Shown: positions 1-12,738, counted from the first letter of the stretch. The stretch is 64,000 nt of DNA from the human T2T-CHM13v2.0 reference genome, Homo sapiens (GCF_009914755.1 NC_060931.1); one strand, 5' to 3'. The notes: generated by a model from the sequence alone, not told the origin. Made by a program: numbers and translations.

Positions 1-359
1 ACAGGGGCTCCTTCTACCCTCAGCATCCTTCCATCTTCTGAATTTGAGCAGCTTAATGTGAACCCTCAGAGCAGAACAATTCCAAAAGAACAGCCAGCAG
101 GGACTAGGGGCCCACAGGGTGCAGCGGCAGAACCAGGACTAGGTCCTGGGACTTGTGACTCCCAGCCCAGGGCTCATCCAGCCACACTGAGGGTACTAGA
201 GTCAGAGGTGGACCCTAGGGGACCCCACCTCCGCACCCCTGCCCTTTAAACTGTTTCCTTTCCCACCTGGGAGCAGCTACAGAAATTTGGCATTCTGGCC
301 AGGTGCAGTGGCTCACGCCTGTAATCCCAGCACTCTGGGAGGCCGAGGTGGGCGGATCA

Positions 360-611
<252 letters not shown>

Positions 612-3060
612 TCAGCATTCCAACCATTATGAGGCCTACACGGGCTTCTATCTTCAGCTTTGAAAAGAGAAGGCCCAGCCACTCATCCCTACCCCACCCC
701 ATGTTTATCCCGGAGGCAGGTGTCAGGGAGCTCACCCACTCAGAGCATCCTCCTCAACACTGGGTGGTGCCAGGAGGGCAGACAGCAAGTGGCTCTTGGA
801 AAGGAAGAAAGGGCAAGCTAGGCGAGGTGGTACCACCTGTAGTCCCAGCTACTCAGGAGGCTAAGGCAGGGGTATCGCTTGAGCCCAGGAATTTGAGGCT
901 ACAGTGAACCATGACTGCACCACTGCACTCCAGCCTGGGCAACAGAGCGAGACTCAGTCCCTGCTCCCTCAAAAAAAAAAAAAAAAAAAAGAAAAGAAAA
1001 GAAGGAAAGTGCTGGTGATCTGACAGGAGAAACTGTGTTGAAGCCCCATGAGGAAGAGGAGGGTCCGTCCTTGAGGAGTTTCTGATATGACCAGGGACCC
1101 ACGAGTTGGGTGGTCATCTAAGTCCTCAAAGGAAGCAAGAGTAAAACATCTCAGGTGTTTACCTGTTCTTGTCCTTCAGAGTACCAGGACCAGGTGAACA
1201 CACTGCCCCTTGCTACTCCCTTCCACCATCTTTTCCACTTGACCCTCAGAAATTTCTTACCCAAAGGTTGGGCCCAGTGGCTCATGCCTGTAATCCCAAT
1301 GCTTTAGGAGGCCGAGGCAGGAGGATCACTTGAGGCCAGGAGTTTGAGACCAGCCTGAGCAACACAGCAAGACCCCATCTCTACTAAAAATAAAATAAAA
1401 TAAATAGCCAGACATGGCGGTGTGTACCTGTAGACCCAGCTACTGAGGAGGCTGAGGTGGGGGGATCACTTGAGCTCAGGAGTTGGAGGCTGCAGTGAGC
1501 TATGATTGCACCATTGTACTCCAGTCTGGGCAGCAGAGCCAGACCCCCATCTCAAAAAATATATATATATATATATTACACAAGCAAAAGAAAACATGTC
1601 AGGTAGCAAGTCATAAAAAGGAGAGGAGGGGCTCCTGGGAACAGGGCTCAGAGGCAGGCGAGGTCCCTGATTCACTCACTCACTCACTCATTCATTCGTT
1701 CCCACACACACTAAGCAGACATGTGCCCAGCACCTCCTTTGTGCCAGGCCCCATCTGGATGTCCATGCCAGGAGAGAGGCAGGCAGACCTGGGCCTCCCA
1801 GGATGGAGGACGGACGAAGACCACTGAGCATGATGAGAGGGGAAAAGCTGAAATGTGAGTGGGAAGCTCCTGCTCACCACGGCAGCCCCCTGGCTAGCAC
1901 GGCCTGGCAGAGTCCATATGGAAGGAAGGAACCAGGTTCTATGGGATCATAGAGGAGCGGACGTGATGCAGCCTGGAAAAGGCGCCCTGGAGCTGAGGGT
2001 AGGGATGCCAATAGGCATTAGCCAGGCTGTGGGTGGGAGGTGGGGAGAGGGGATCCCTGCAAGAGGCACCAAGGCACAAAAAGCAGCTTCCTGGAGGGGA
2101 GGTTCGGAGGTCTCTGAGCATCCTATGAAATCCCATAGTGCTTGGCCTTGGATCTTCCCAGGAAGCATGAGACCCAGCCAAGCTGAGGACGAGGCTCAGA
2201 CTCTGGCAGGCGCATGGTGACCCCTTCCTGAGGACTTCCAGAGGGATGGGTGGAGAAGGACATGAGAGGTGCCTTCCTCCCATCCTCTGCCATCTTGGTA
2301 CTTGGTGGACACCGCATAGGGTCCCCCAGTCCTTCCTGCACTGCTCTGACCCTGTGAAAGGACCATGAGTTGGTTGTACTCTGAAAAGTCTCCCAACCCC
2401 AATATAGGCTGACCCAGCAAAGACTCCGCTTATCCTCATTTTACCAATGGGGAAACTGAGGCTCCCCACCGTCAGGTGACTGCCTTAAGGCGTCACAACA
2501 AACTCACACCAGGGCCGATTCCAGGGTGTTCCACTTTTCCAGTGACTATCATCTTGGGCCATGGCAGGCCCGTGACTTGGAGGAGATGAGAAGGAAGTGG
2601 GGAAGAACTTGGTCTTCAAAAATAGCAGGCAGGAAGGATCTGGATCAGCACAGGGGATTGGACTTGGGGGCTTGGACCTTGATGGTAGGGGACAGGACCA
2701 TGATGGGGGTGAACAGCCATCCAACCTAGACCCTTTTTGCTCCTAACACTCCCATCCCACTCTCAGCATAATGTAGTGGGAAGTCAGGAGGGTTCTGCAG
2801 TATCTGTGGGAAGGACCCATCACGGCCTGTGGTCTTCCTCGCCTACTGTTGGCTCCTTTCTTTGAGTCAGAAGCAGCTGGCTCAGGCCAGGCGGGGTGGC
2901 TCATGCCTGTAATTCCAGCACTTTAGGAGGCCAAGGCAGGTGGATCGCTTGAGGCCAGGAATTCGAGACCAGCCTGGCCAACATGGTGAAACCCCGTCTC
3001 TACTAAAAATACAAAAAAATTAGCTTGACATGGTGGCTCACGCCTGTAATCCCTTAGCTA

Positions 3061-3394
<334 letters not shown>

Positions 3395-3619
3395 TTATGC
3401 ACTACTGTGAATTGGCTCCCAAGCTTCCCCCACCTCATATGTGTTCACTTTGCACTCTTTGACGACCCAGGGTATAGGACAGAAACTGCAAATATAAAAA
3501 TCCCAGAGAAGTTCTCATTTGCCTCCTGTTGAGGGAAAAGAATGGTGGGCTGGGGGCGCTTGAAAGTTCTGGGGCACTGGCTGCCTGGCTGCCTCCTGGA
3601 GTGGGGGGAGTATGTGTTA

Positions 3620-4018
<399 letters not shown>

Positions 4019-4280
4019 CTAGGGTGAGGGGTGAGCTTGTGATCAGGAGAGTCAGGGGTGCTCAGAGGGGCACCCCAAAACCAGGAAATATCCATTGTGC
4101 CCACTTATGCCTGTGTCTGCCCCAAATGGAGACATTAAGCTCTCCCAGGAGAGGTCTTCATGGCCTGATTGGCTTTGGGCAGCTATGGCTAGTGTTCATT
4201 GGCTGCTTCAGGCACCAATCAGGAGCCATCTGTGCCTTTCCACCAATGAGGTTGACCTCCTGGGTCTACCTCCATGTTCA

Positions 4281-4823
<543 letters not shown>

Positions 4824-5527
4824 TCAAAGTTTTACTAGGTGCCAAGTTCGGTGATAAAAAGTGATGTTACAGAGGTGAATCAGATACCACATCTGCCCTG
4901 GAGGTGCTAAAAGTCAAGTTGGTAGTGGTGATCGGAGGATTTTCGGGGAGGAACAGACCTACAAACAGACAAGGACAGTCAACTGCTACTAGATGGAGGG
5001 CCAAGGACAGGAGGAGGGATCAGCTCTGTGTAGGGAGGGAGACAGGGAGGGCGGGCAGGGTGCATGCAGAGAATCCTGGAATCTTTGCCCTGGAAGGGAC
5101 ACCAGGAAGCAAAAGCCAACCCTCTCATTTTGTGGATGGAGAAACTGAGGCCCAGACTGGGGAAGTGACGTGGCCAGGGTCACTCGGTGAGATAGAGGCA
5201 GGCTCTCAGACTCCTGAATCCCAACCAGGGCCCTTTTGATGGTGCCAGATGCCCTTCCTGGTTTTCTGTGTCCCAATCCTTGTGTCCTAACTCCACTTTT
5301 GGAAAAACATTTGCCACCTCTATCCAGCGGTCACCTAAGAGTTGCCCACTCAGGAGCCGGGCGCTGCCAGCCCTTCCTCCAGAGGCGGCGTGGCCTCTTC
5401 TCAGGCCTAGAATGGGGTGGTTGCGTTTCTCTCTCTCTCTCTCTATCTCTCTTGCATTTTTGTGAATCTAATGATGAACTTATACTACCACACTTTTCCC
5501 TTCTCTTACACACCTTACCTACTAAAG

Positions 5528-5547
5528 GAGGAAGTGCCACTTTATTG
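5528..5547 (+). other. Candidate 20-nt poison microexon in an SRRM3 intron
   Basis: 115-nt AG-free zone with (TC)n, TGC motifs, CTAAT branch-like motif and pyrimidine tract, then AAG|GAGGAAGTGCCACTTTATTG|GTAAGT (consensus donor). Confidence 0.55.
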
Positions 5548-6217
5548 GTAAGTGGACGTTAACCAAGAGGGACTTAAAAATCAGAACTTAAAAAAAAAAA
5601 AAAGAAAAAGAAAAAGAAAAGAGAGAAACAGAAAGACAGTCGGGTGCTACTGACAGCTCCAAAGCTCTCTGCAGGGCCGGAAAACAAAGAAAAATATTAA
5701 CAGAAAAATGTCAGGTTCCCCAGGATCAGATATTGTTTTTGATTTTTGGTATCTAATGACATTTGTGGATTTTGTTTTTTTATTTCTGTTTTTCCTCCCT
5801 TTCTTCGGTTCAGTTTTGAGTTCAGTTGTCCCCCTCGCCCCCTCCCCCATCTGTGTGCCGTGTGACGCCCCCACCCCCTCCATCCCCTCGCCCACCCCCA
5901 AGCGCTGGGGGTCCGGCCTGGTGGGCTGGCCCTGGCCCCGCTCCCGGTGCCGCTCTCTCTTCTCTCTGCCGGGAATCGTCCGTCCCATCGGGGGGGCAAT
6001 GCCAGCCCCGATGCCTGTCCTGGAGCCCCTCCCCCTTTGGCCCCCGCCCCCCACCGCTCCGTCCCTCTTGTGTTTTGCATGCCAAGAACCCTGCATGAGC
6101 TGCACTGTTGAGGCCAGAAGGTGGACACCCAGGAGAGGCAGAGGCAGGGCAGGCGCGGGGAACCGTGTGTGCGATGCTCCGGGACTGGCAGCCCCCGGCT
6201 CGGGCCCGGTGAAAGCC

Positions 6218-6910
6218 CTCTCTCCTTCTCTCCCCCCACCCCACCCGCCCGCTCTCTCACCCCAACTTCTCGCTCCTCTTGCTCTGTCCTCTCTCTGCCC
6301 CCACTCTTGTCCCCTGCCTGTCTGGATTTTTTCTGTTTCTCGAACTTCTCCCTGGCTTCCATCCTTCTCTCTCTTCGCTCTTTCTCTCTTCCTCTCTCTC
6401 TCTTCTCTTCCCCCACCCCCGTCTCTCCTCTGTCTCTTCTTCTCACTGTCTCTGTCCCCTTCTCTCTTGCCCCCTTTTTTCCTTCTCCTCCCTCTCTCCT
6501 CCCTTGCTCTCTCCTCTCACCCTCGCTCTTTCGCCCTCTCTCTTTCTCATCTCTCTCCCTCTCACTCTGTCTCTCTCCTGCTCTTTTTCTCTCTTCCTCT
6601 TTCTCTTCTCTGCCTCCTCCCTCTCTCCCTCTTTCTTTCTTCTCTCTGTCTTTCCTCTCTCCCTCTCTCCTGTCTCTCTTCATTCTCTCTCTCCGTCTCT
6701 TTTTCTCTGTCTCTCGCTCTTTTTCTGTCTCTCTGTCTCTCTCTCTCTCCTCTCTTTCTGTCTCTGTCTCTCCCTCTTTCCTCTTTCTGTCTCTGTCTCT
6801 GTCTCTTTCTTTCAATCTCTCTCTCCCGTCTGTCTCCTCTCTTCTCTCTCTGTCTCTGTCTCTCTCGTCTCCCTCTCCCCCCTCCGTGCCCTGTCTGCCT
6901 CTCTCCCCGT
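6218..6910 (+). repeat. ~700-bp (CT)-rich polypyrimidine/polypurine low-complexity tract
   Basis: Almost purely C/T on the + strand, ending directly at the 6914 acceptor. Confidence 0.95.
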
Positions 6911-6913
6911 CAG

Positions 6914-7275
6914 AAGCCCAGCTCGCCCTCGCCCAGGGTCCGTGACAAGGCGGCGGCCGCCGCACCCACGCCGCCCGCGCGGGGGAAGGAGAGCCCGAGC
7001 CCGCGCTCGGCGCCGTCGTCCCAAGGTCGCGGAGGCCGCGCGGCGGGCGGGGCGGGCAGGCGGCGGCGGCGGCGGCGTAGGCGGCGGCGCTCGCGGTCCT
7101 CGGCGTCCGCGCCCCGCCGCAGGGGTCGCCGGCGCCCCCGGCCCGCGCCCCCCCGGGGCTCGTCGCGCTCGCTCAGCAGGGCCCGCTCCAGCAGCGACTC
7201 CGGCAGCGGCCGCGGCGCCCCCGGCCCCGGGCCCGAGCCCGGCTCTGAGCGAGGCCACGGCGGACACGGGAAACG
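6914..7275 (+). CDS. SRRM3: SRRM3 internal coding exon (phase 0 in, phase 2 out): KPSSPSPRVRDKAAAA...RRRRRRRRRRRSRSS...GHGKR
   Basis: Acceptor ccgtcAG|aag follows a very long pyrimidine tract; donor CG|gtgag at 7276. The Arg/Ser-rich frame splices in frame to the next three exons. Confidence 0.9.
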
Positions 7276-7299
7276 GTGAGCGTGCTGGACCCGGAGCTG

Positions 7300-7960
7300 G
7301 ACTCCCGCCCCCACCCCGCACAGGGCTCCCCTCCACTAGCGGATCCCTGCCCACGGGATCCCTCCCCGCGCTGAGCTACCCTCCAGGGATCCCAACCCCC
7401 TCCCACCGAGCTACCCCCATGGATTCCACCCCCCCATGAGCTACCCCCCACGGATCCCAACCCCTCCTCACTGAACTACCCCCCACGGATCTCAACCCCC
7501 CACGGAGCTCTCCTCCCTCTCCACGGACCCCAAACCCCTATGGACCCCATGGATCCTCCCATGGATTTCCTCCGCACACTGATCTCAACTCCCCTCTCAC
7601 AGGGCTCCCTCCCTCGACGACCCCAACTCTCTCTAGGGAGTTACCCTCCCTCCACTGACCTCCAAACTCCAGGGAGTTTCCCTCCCCACACTGATCCCAG
7701 CCCCCCGACGGAGTTCTCCCTCCACTGATGCCAACCCCCCAGGGAGCTCCCTCCCCACCCTGAGCTACCCCCGGTTATCCTGACCCCTCCCCACAACTGA
7801 TCCGTCTCCCCTTACTGATCACTGCCCCCAGGGAACCCCCTCTCCTCCCATGAGGCTCCCCGCTTACTGATCACTCTCCCCCCATCCCGCAGAACAATCT
7901 CCTCCACTGATCTCCCCCAACACGCCCCCTCACGGGGCTCCCCCTGAACTGACCCCTGCC
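7300..7960. repeat. Degenerate C-rich tandem repeat (~30-35 bp unit resembling GGATCCCAACCCCCTCCCACCGAGCTACCC)
   Basis: Recurrent ggatcc, gagctaccc and actgatc motifs filling the 7276-8120 intron. Confidence 0.7.
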
Positions 7961-8120
7961 CCTCACTAGGCTCCGCGTTCACTGCGCACTCCGCGCGAAC
8001 TGACCACAAACTACACGGACCCCGCCCCTCCGCCCTAAGCCCCGCCCCAGGGAACCCTCCCCGCCCCCAGCCCCCTTTCCGGGTCGCTGAGCCCTATCCC
8101 GCGCCGTCTCCCTCCTCCAG

Positions 8121-8345
8121 GGCCAAGGAGCGGCCCCCGCGCGCGCGGCCCGCCAGCACCTCTCCGTCCCCGGGCGCGCACGGCCGGCGCGGCGGCCCAG
8201 AAGGGAAGAGCTCGTCGCGCAGCCCCGGCCCGCACCCCCGCTCCTGGAGCTCCAGCCGCTCGCCCTCCAAATCTCGCTCGCGCTCTGCGGAGAAGCGGCC
8301 CCACAGCCCCAGCCGCTCGCCGTCGCCCAAGAAGCCCCTCAGCCG
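8121..8345 (+). CDS. SRRM3: SRRM3 internal coding exon (225 nt): AKERPPRARPAS...SRSPSKSRSRSAEKRPHSPSRSPSPKKPLSR
   Basis: ctcctccAG| acceptor and CG|gtgag donor; symmetric phase 2; RS/SP-rich with no stops. Confidence 0.92.
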
Positions 8346-8436
8346 GTGAGTGCCCGCCCGGACCGGGCCGACGGGGCGGGCGGCGGGGTGGAGCGGCCGG
8401 GCCGCGTCGCTCACTTACCTCGCGCCGGCCCCGCAG

Positions 8437-8574
8437 GGACAAGGACGGCGAGGGCCGCGCAAGGCACTCTGAGGCCGAGGCCACCCGCGCCCGGCGCCGC
8501 TCCCGCAGCTACTCGCCCATCCGCAAGCGGCGCCGGGACTCGCCAAGCTTCATGGAGCCGCGGCGCATCACCAG
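8437..8574 (+). CDS. SRRM3: SRRM3 exon encoding the N-terminal part of the eMIC domain (...SRSYSPIRKRRRDSPSFMEPRRITS)
   Basis: ccgcAG| acceptor and AG|gtatgg donor; 138 nt, phase 2-2. RRRDSPSFMEPRRITS is the SRRM3/SRRM4 C-terminal signature. Confidence 0.93.
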
Positions 8575-8996
8575 GTATGGAGGGTCTTGGGGGGGCCGGT
8601 GGCGCAGGGCTGGGGCCGCTGACCCGGATCAGGGACAGAGACCTCGGCCCGGGGACCTTCTCTGAGGATCCACTGAACCTGGCACGGGGATGGGGGGGGG
8701 TGCTAAGGGACAATGAGTGGGTTCTGCCAGGGTAGGGGGCCAGGGGAGGAGGGGGCTAGAACTGGAGGTGCTGGGGTCTATCAGAGAGACAGGTGCAGGA
8801 GGCCACGCAGAAGGAAGGGCCACGGTGGGGGCCTGAGGGCCCATGAAGGGGAGGGGGCTCTGTACTTGGGTCTGGGTGGGCCGCAGCCGGCATGGAATTC
8901 AGCTCTGCAAGAGTCCCGCCATCCCTCCGGAGCCCCTCCCGCCCTCCCTGCATCCGTCTCCGGACAATGATGTCTCCTTTTCTCCTTCATCTCAAG

Positions 8997-9075
8997 GTCC
9001 AGCCTGCTGAGTGGCCTGTGGTCAGCCTGGGGGCCAGGCGGACCCCTCTGCACAGGCTGCCTGGGAGATGCCCAA
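8997..9075 (+). other. Candidate 79-nt frameshifting cassette exon that splits the eMIC domain
   Basis: tctccttttctccttcatctcAAG| acceptor and CAA|gtgagc donor; lies between the two eMIC-coding exons. Confidence 0.55.
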
Positions 9076-9666
9076 GTGAGCTGGTCTGGCCCTGGTCAGC
9101 TGTCCGTCTGTCTGCCTCTCTCTTTCTCACTAACCTGGGGGATTTGGAGGAGGGGGCACAGCAGTCTGGTCTCTGGGGCAGCTGTCAGAGGAGCCAGCCA
9201 CACCTCCTTGCCCTACACAGCTGTGGGGCTGTGCCCAGGGCGTGGCTGGTGAAGCCATTATCAGTTTCTCTGCTAGGACTGGAAGTGTCTGGGCCTGGGT
9301 CTCCGGGTGACATTATGGTCTGCCTTTGTGGAAATCACCCTGAAGCCCTAGATTACCCTGGCAGGGGGTTGGGGGGAACACAGGCAAAAAGTTCTGAGCC
9401 CAACTCTGCCACTGCCTTGCTGGGCAGCCTTGGGAGATCGGTGTGCCTCTCTGGGCCTCGGTTGCCACATCTGTACAATAACCAGGGTTTCGTGAGCATC
9501 TTTTCAGTTCTAACAGGGTATGATTATCAAACTAGTCCCTCCTAGTCCTTGGTGATCCAGGTAACCAAGAAGCATGGGGTGGGCATTACCCCAGAGCTCA
9601 AAGCCAGACCGCCTTGAAGGAGAAGCCAGATTGTGCTACTGCTTCTTTTTTTTTTTTTTTTTTTAA

Positions 9667-10026
<360 letters not shown>

Positions 10027-10405
10027 TGAACCCAGGGATCTTCCTGCGTCCCCCCTTCCTTCTGATGCCAACTCACCAGGCTGGGGACGCCCCCAGACAG
10101 GTCACACACCCTGCCCGTAGGCCAGGCCCTCACACCTTCCACCTGGCACCCACTCAGCCCCTCTCCCAGGCTGCCTCCTCCTCCACTAACGTACACCTGT
10201 TTTCTTCCTCAGAATTAACCCTGCGACGGGGCAGTGTTGCCCCTTAACCTCTCTTTTCTCTTCTCTGGGTCATAGCCTCCTGGCTTCCAACTAACTCTGG
10301 GCCAGCGGGAGGTAGCTGAGTGAGGAGTGGGGCCGGCGGGACTGGACCGGACCGTGGGCATGGGGAGCAGCGGCCAGGACTCCCCTCCTTGTTCCTTTCG
10401 AGTGA

Positions 10406-10903
<498 letters not shown>

Positions 10904-11087
10904 TGAAGAAAAGCAAAATGATCAACATGGAATTTGCAAGTAACCAATGACCGTCAGATTCCATTTGGAGAAGGCAGGTGTCTCTAAGGCCAGGGCTCAG
11001 GGGAAACTGAGGCAGGAAGCCCTGGCCGCTGCTGGGATGGGGCTCGGGGCCTGGGATGGCCTGTAATCAGCTTTTTCTTCCCGGCAG

Positions 11088-11316
11088 CGCCCGCAAGCGT
11101 CCTATTCCATACTACCGGCCCAGCCCCTCTTCCTCCTCCAGCTGCTTGAGCAGCGACTACTCGACCCGGAGCCACAGCCGCAGCCCCAGCCCCGGCCACA
11201 GCCACGGGAGCTACAGCAGTCGCAGCCATGGGACCCGCAGCCGGACACGCAGCCCCTCGAGGACCCCCAGTCCCAGCTACCACAGCCGGAGCAGCTCTGA
11301 GAGCGGGGGCTTCTGA
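11088..11316 (+). CDS. SRRM3: SRRM3 last coding exon, completing eMIC (S-ARKRPIPYYRPS...SSSESGGF*)
   Basis: ctttttcttcccggcAG| acceptor; joining 8574 to 11088 gives RRITSARKRPIPYYR; TGA at 11314-11316. Confidence 0.93.
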
Positions 11317-12738
11317 GCCCAGACAGACTCAGCTTGGTGCCCCCCTGGCACTGGGAGAGGCGAGGGGCGGGCCCCAGGACCCCAGTGGGGAGGGGGCTAT
11401 ATCTCCTTGCCCCCAAGGCTACAAAGAGGTCTCAGGGCCAGTGCACGGGCAGATGGGACCGGGGAAGACTTTGAGGGTGGGCATCCAGTGGACAAGGAGA
11501 AGCCAGATGTGCTGCTTCTACGGGTGTCCTCTCCCACCTCCTGTCCACCCACTGTGCCCGGGGAACAAAGAGCCGTTACGAACACAGGAATCTCCCCATC
11601 CCCCTTCCTGCTGATGCCAACTCACCAGGCTTGGGACTGCTGCCGGTGGATGGTACCAGAGTCCATGATCTGCTCTGTCACTTCACCTTAGCTCAGTGCA
11701 GCCAGGGACACCTTGCAAGGTGCCAGCCCTGGGAGCCCCTCTTCCGCACTACACAGCTCCCTCCACTCCTCTCTTATCACTGGGCAGACGAGGAGGTGGT
11801 ACAGCACATGGGTTTGGAGCTAGACAGAAGGAAGAACAGCCTAACCCTTGGTGCACCCCCATCCAAGCTGGGGAGCTGCATCCTTTTGAGCTGGCTGCAG
11901 GAGGACCCTGGCTGAGGGCTGGTGGCTGGCCCCACAGCCTCCCCCAAGCTCCTCCACTGACCCAGGAGTGCCCAGACGGGTGGCCCCCAAAATCCCAGCC
12001 TGGGGAGCTAGGCACCTCACTCTTGGTCTGACCTCTCCAGGCCAGGCTCTCCTCACCCCATGCCCTGGGCCAAGGTCCTACCAGCCATGACTACTGCATG
12101 ACAAGAGGTGGGGGGTACAGACCTCAGGTACATTTGACCCTGAGGTTAAAAGGGGTTCAGGTCAAGAGGTGGGAGAGGAAAGGGGTAGATGGGAGGTGGA
12201 ATCTGTAGGAAAGAGAAAAAGCAAAGTCGTTCACTGACTGAGTAGCCCCCAGGGAGTGGAGACGGGTCCCTGGGGAGGGAGCAGCTGACAGGTCAGCAGT
12301 GCCCCCAGCCCCACCCAAGAGGAGGGCAGCGTGTGCCTGTGGTCTGGGACGTGGGCTGGATGGCAGCCCAGGGTCACAGGCATAGGATAACATGTGCTTT
12401 GGACCTGACAAGGGAGTACCTTGGGGGTCTGATGGGGTCATGGCCAGCCGAGCCTCTGTAGAGATGGAGGCTACAGCCCTCAGAAGGGAGGGGAGGAAAG
12501 AGACTGAGGGCCCTGGCCTGGGGCGTCGATGGGGAAGCGGTGGCCCCCAGTCCTCTTCTGCTGCTCCCAGCCCCCTCCTCCTGGGGCCCTCAGGGATCTC
12601 ATGAAGTCTTCCTTGGCCCAACCAGGCAGATGCCCCGGGCTCCAGTGGGGGGAGGGGTCTGGGGTCTGGTCCGGGTTCCCCGCTTTCTCTATGTCCCCCC
12701 TCCCTCTTTCTCCGCAGTGCGGATAAAAATTGGACTCG

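Larger units (their letters stand above)
6900..8660. promoter_or_regulatory. Intragenic CpG island over the SRRM3 3' coding exons
   Basis: Very high GC and CpG density at about 6920-7290 and 7970-8660. Confidence 0.75.

Noticed and set aside
5471-5653. Possible C/D-box snoRNA (ATGATGA ... CTGA)
   Set aside because: No terminal stem, too long, and an A-run interior; better explained as splice-regulatory sequence.
5708-6913. 523-aa ORF (5708-7279) running from an intronic ATG in frame into the SRRM3 exon, plus overlapping 422-, 386- and 274-aa ORFs
   Set aside because: Stop codons are absent largely because of the C/T-only tract and GC richness. Only 6914-7275 has exon boundaries and family-like sequence, and there is no evidence for an internal promoter.
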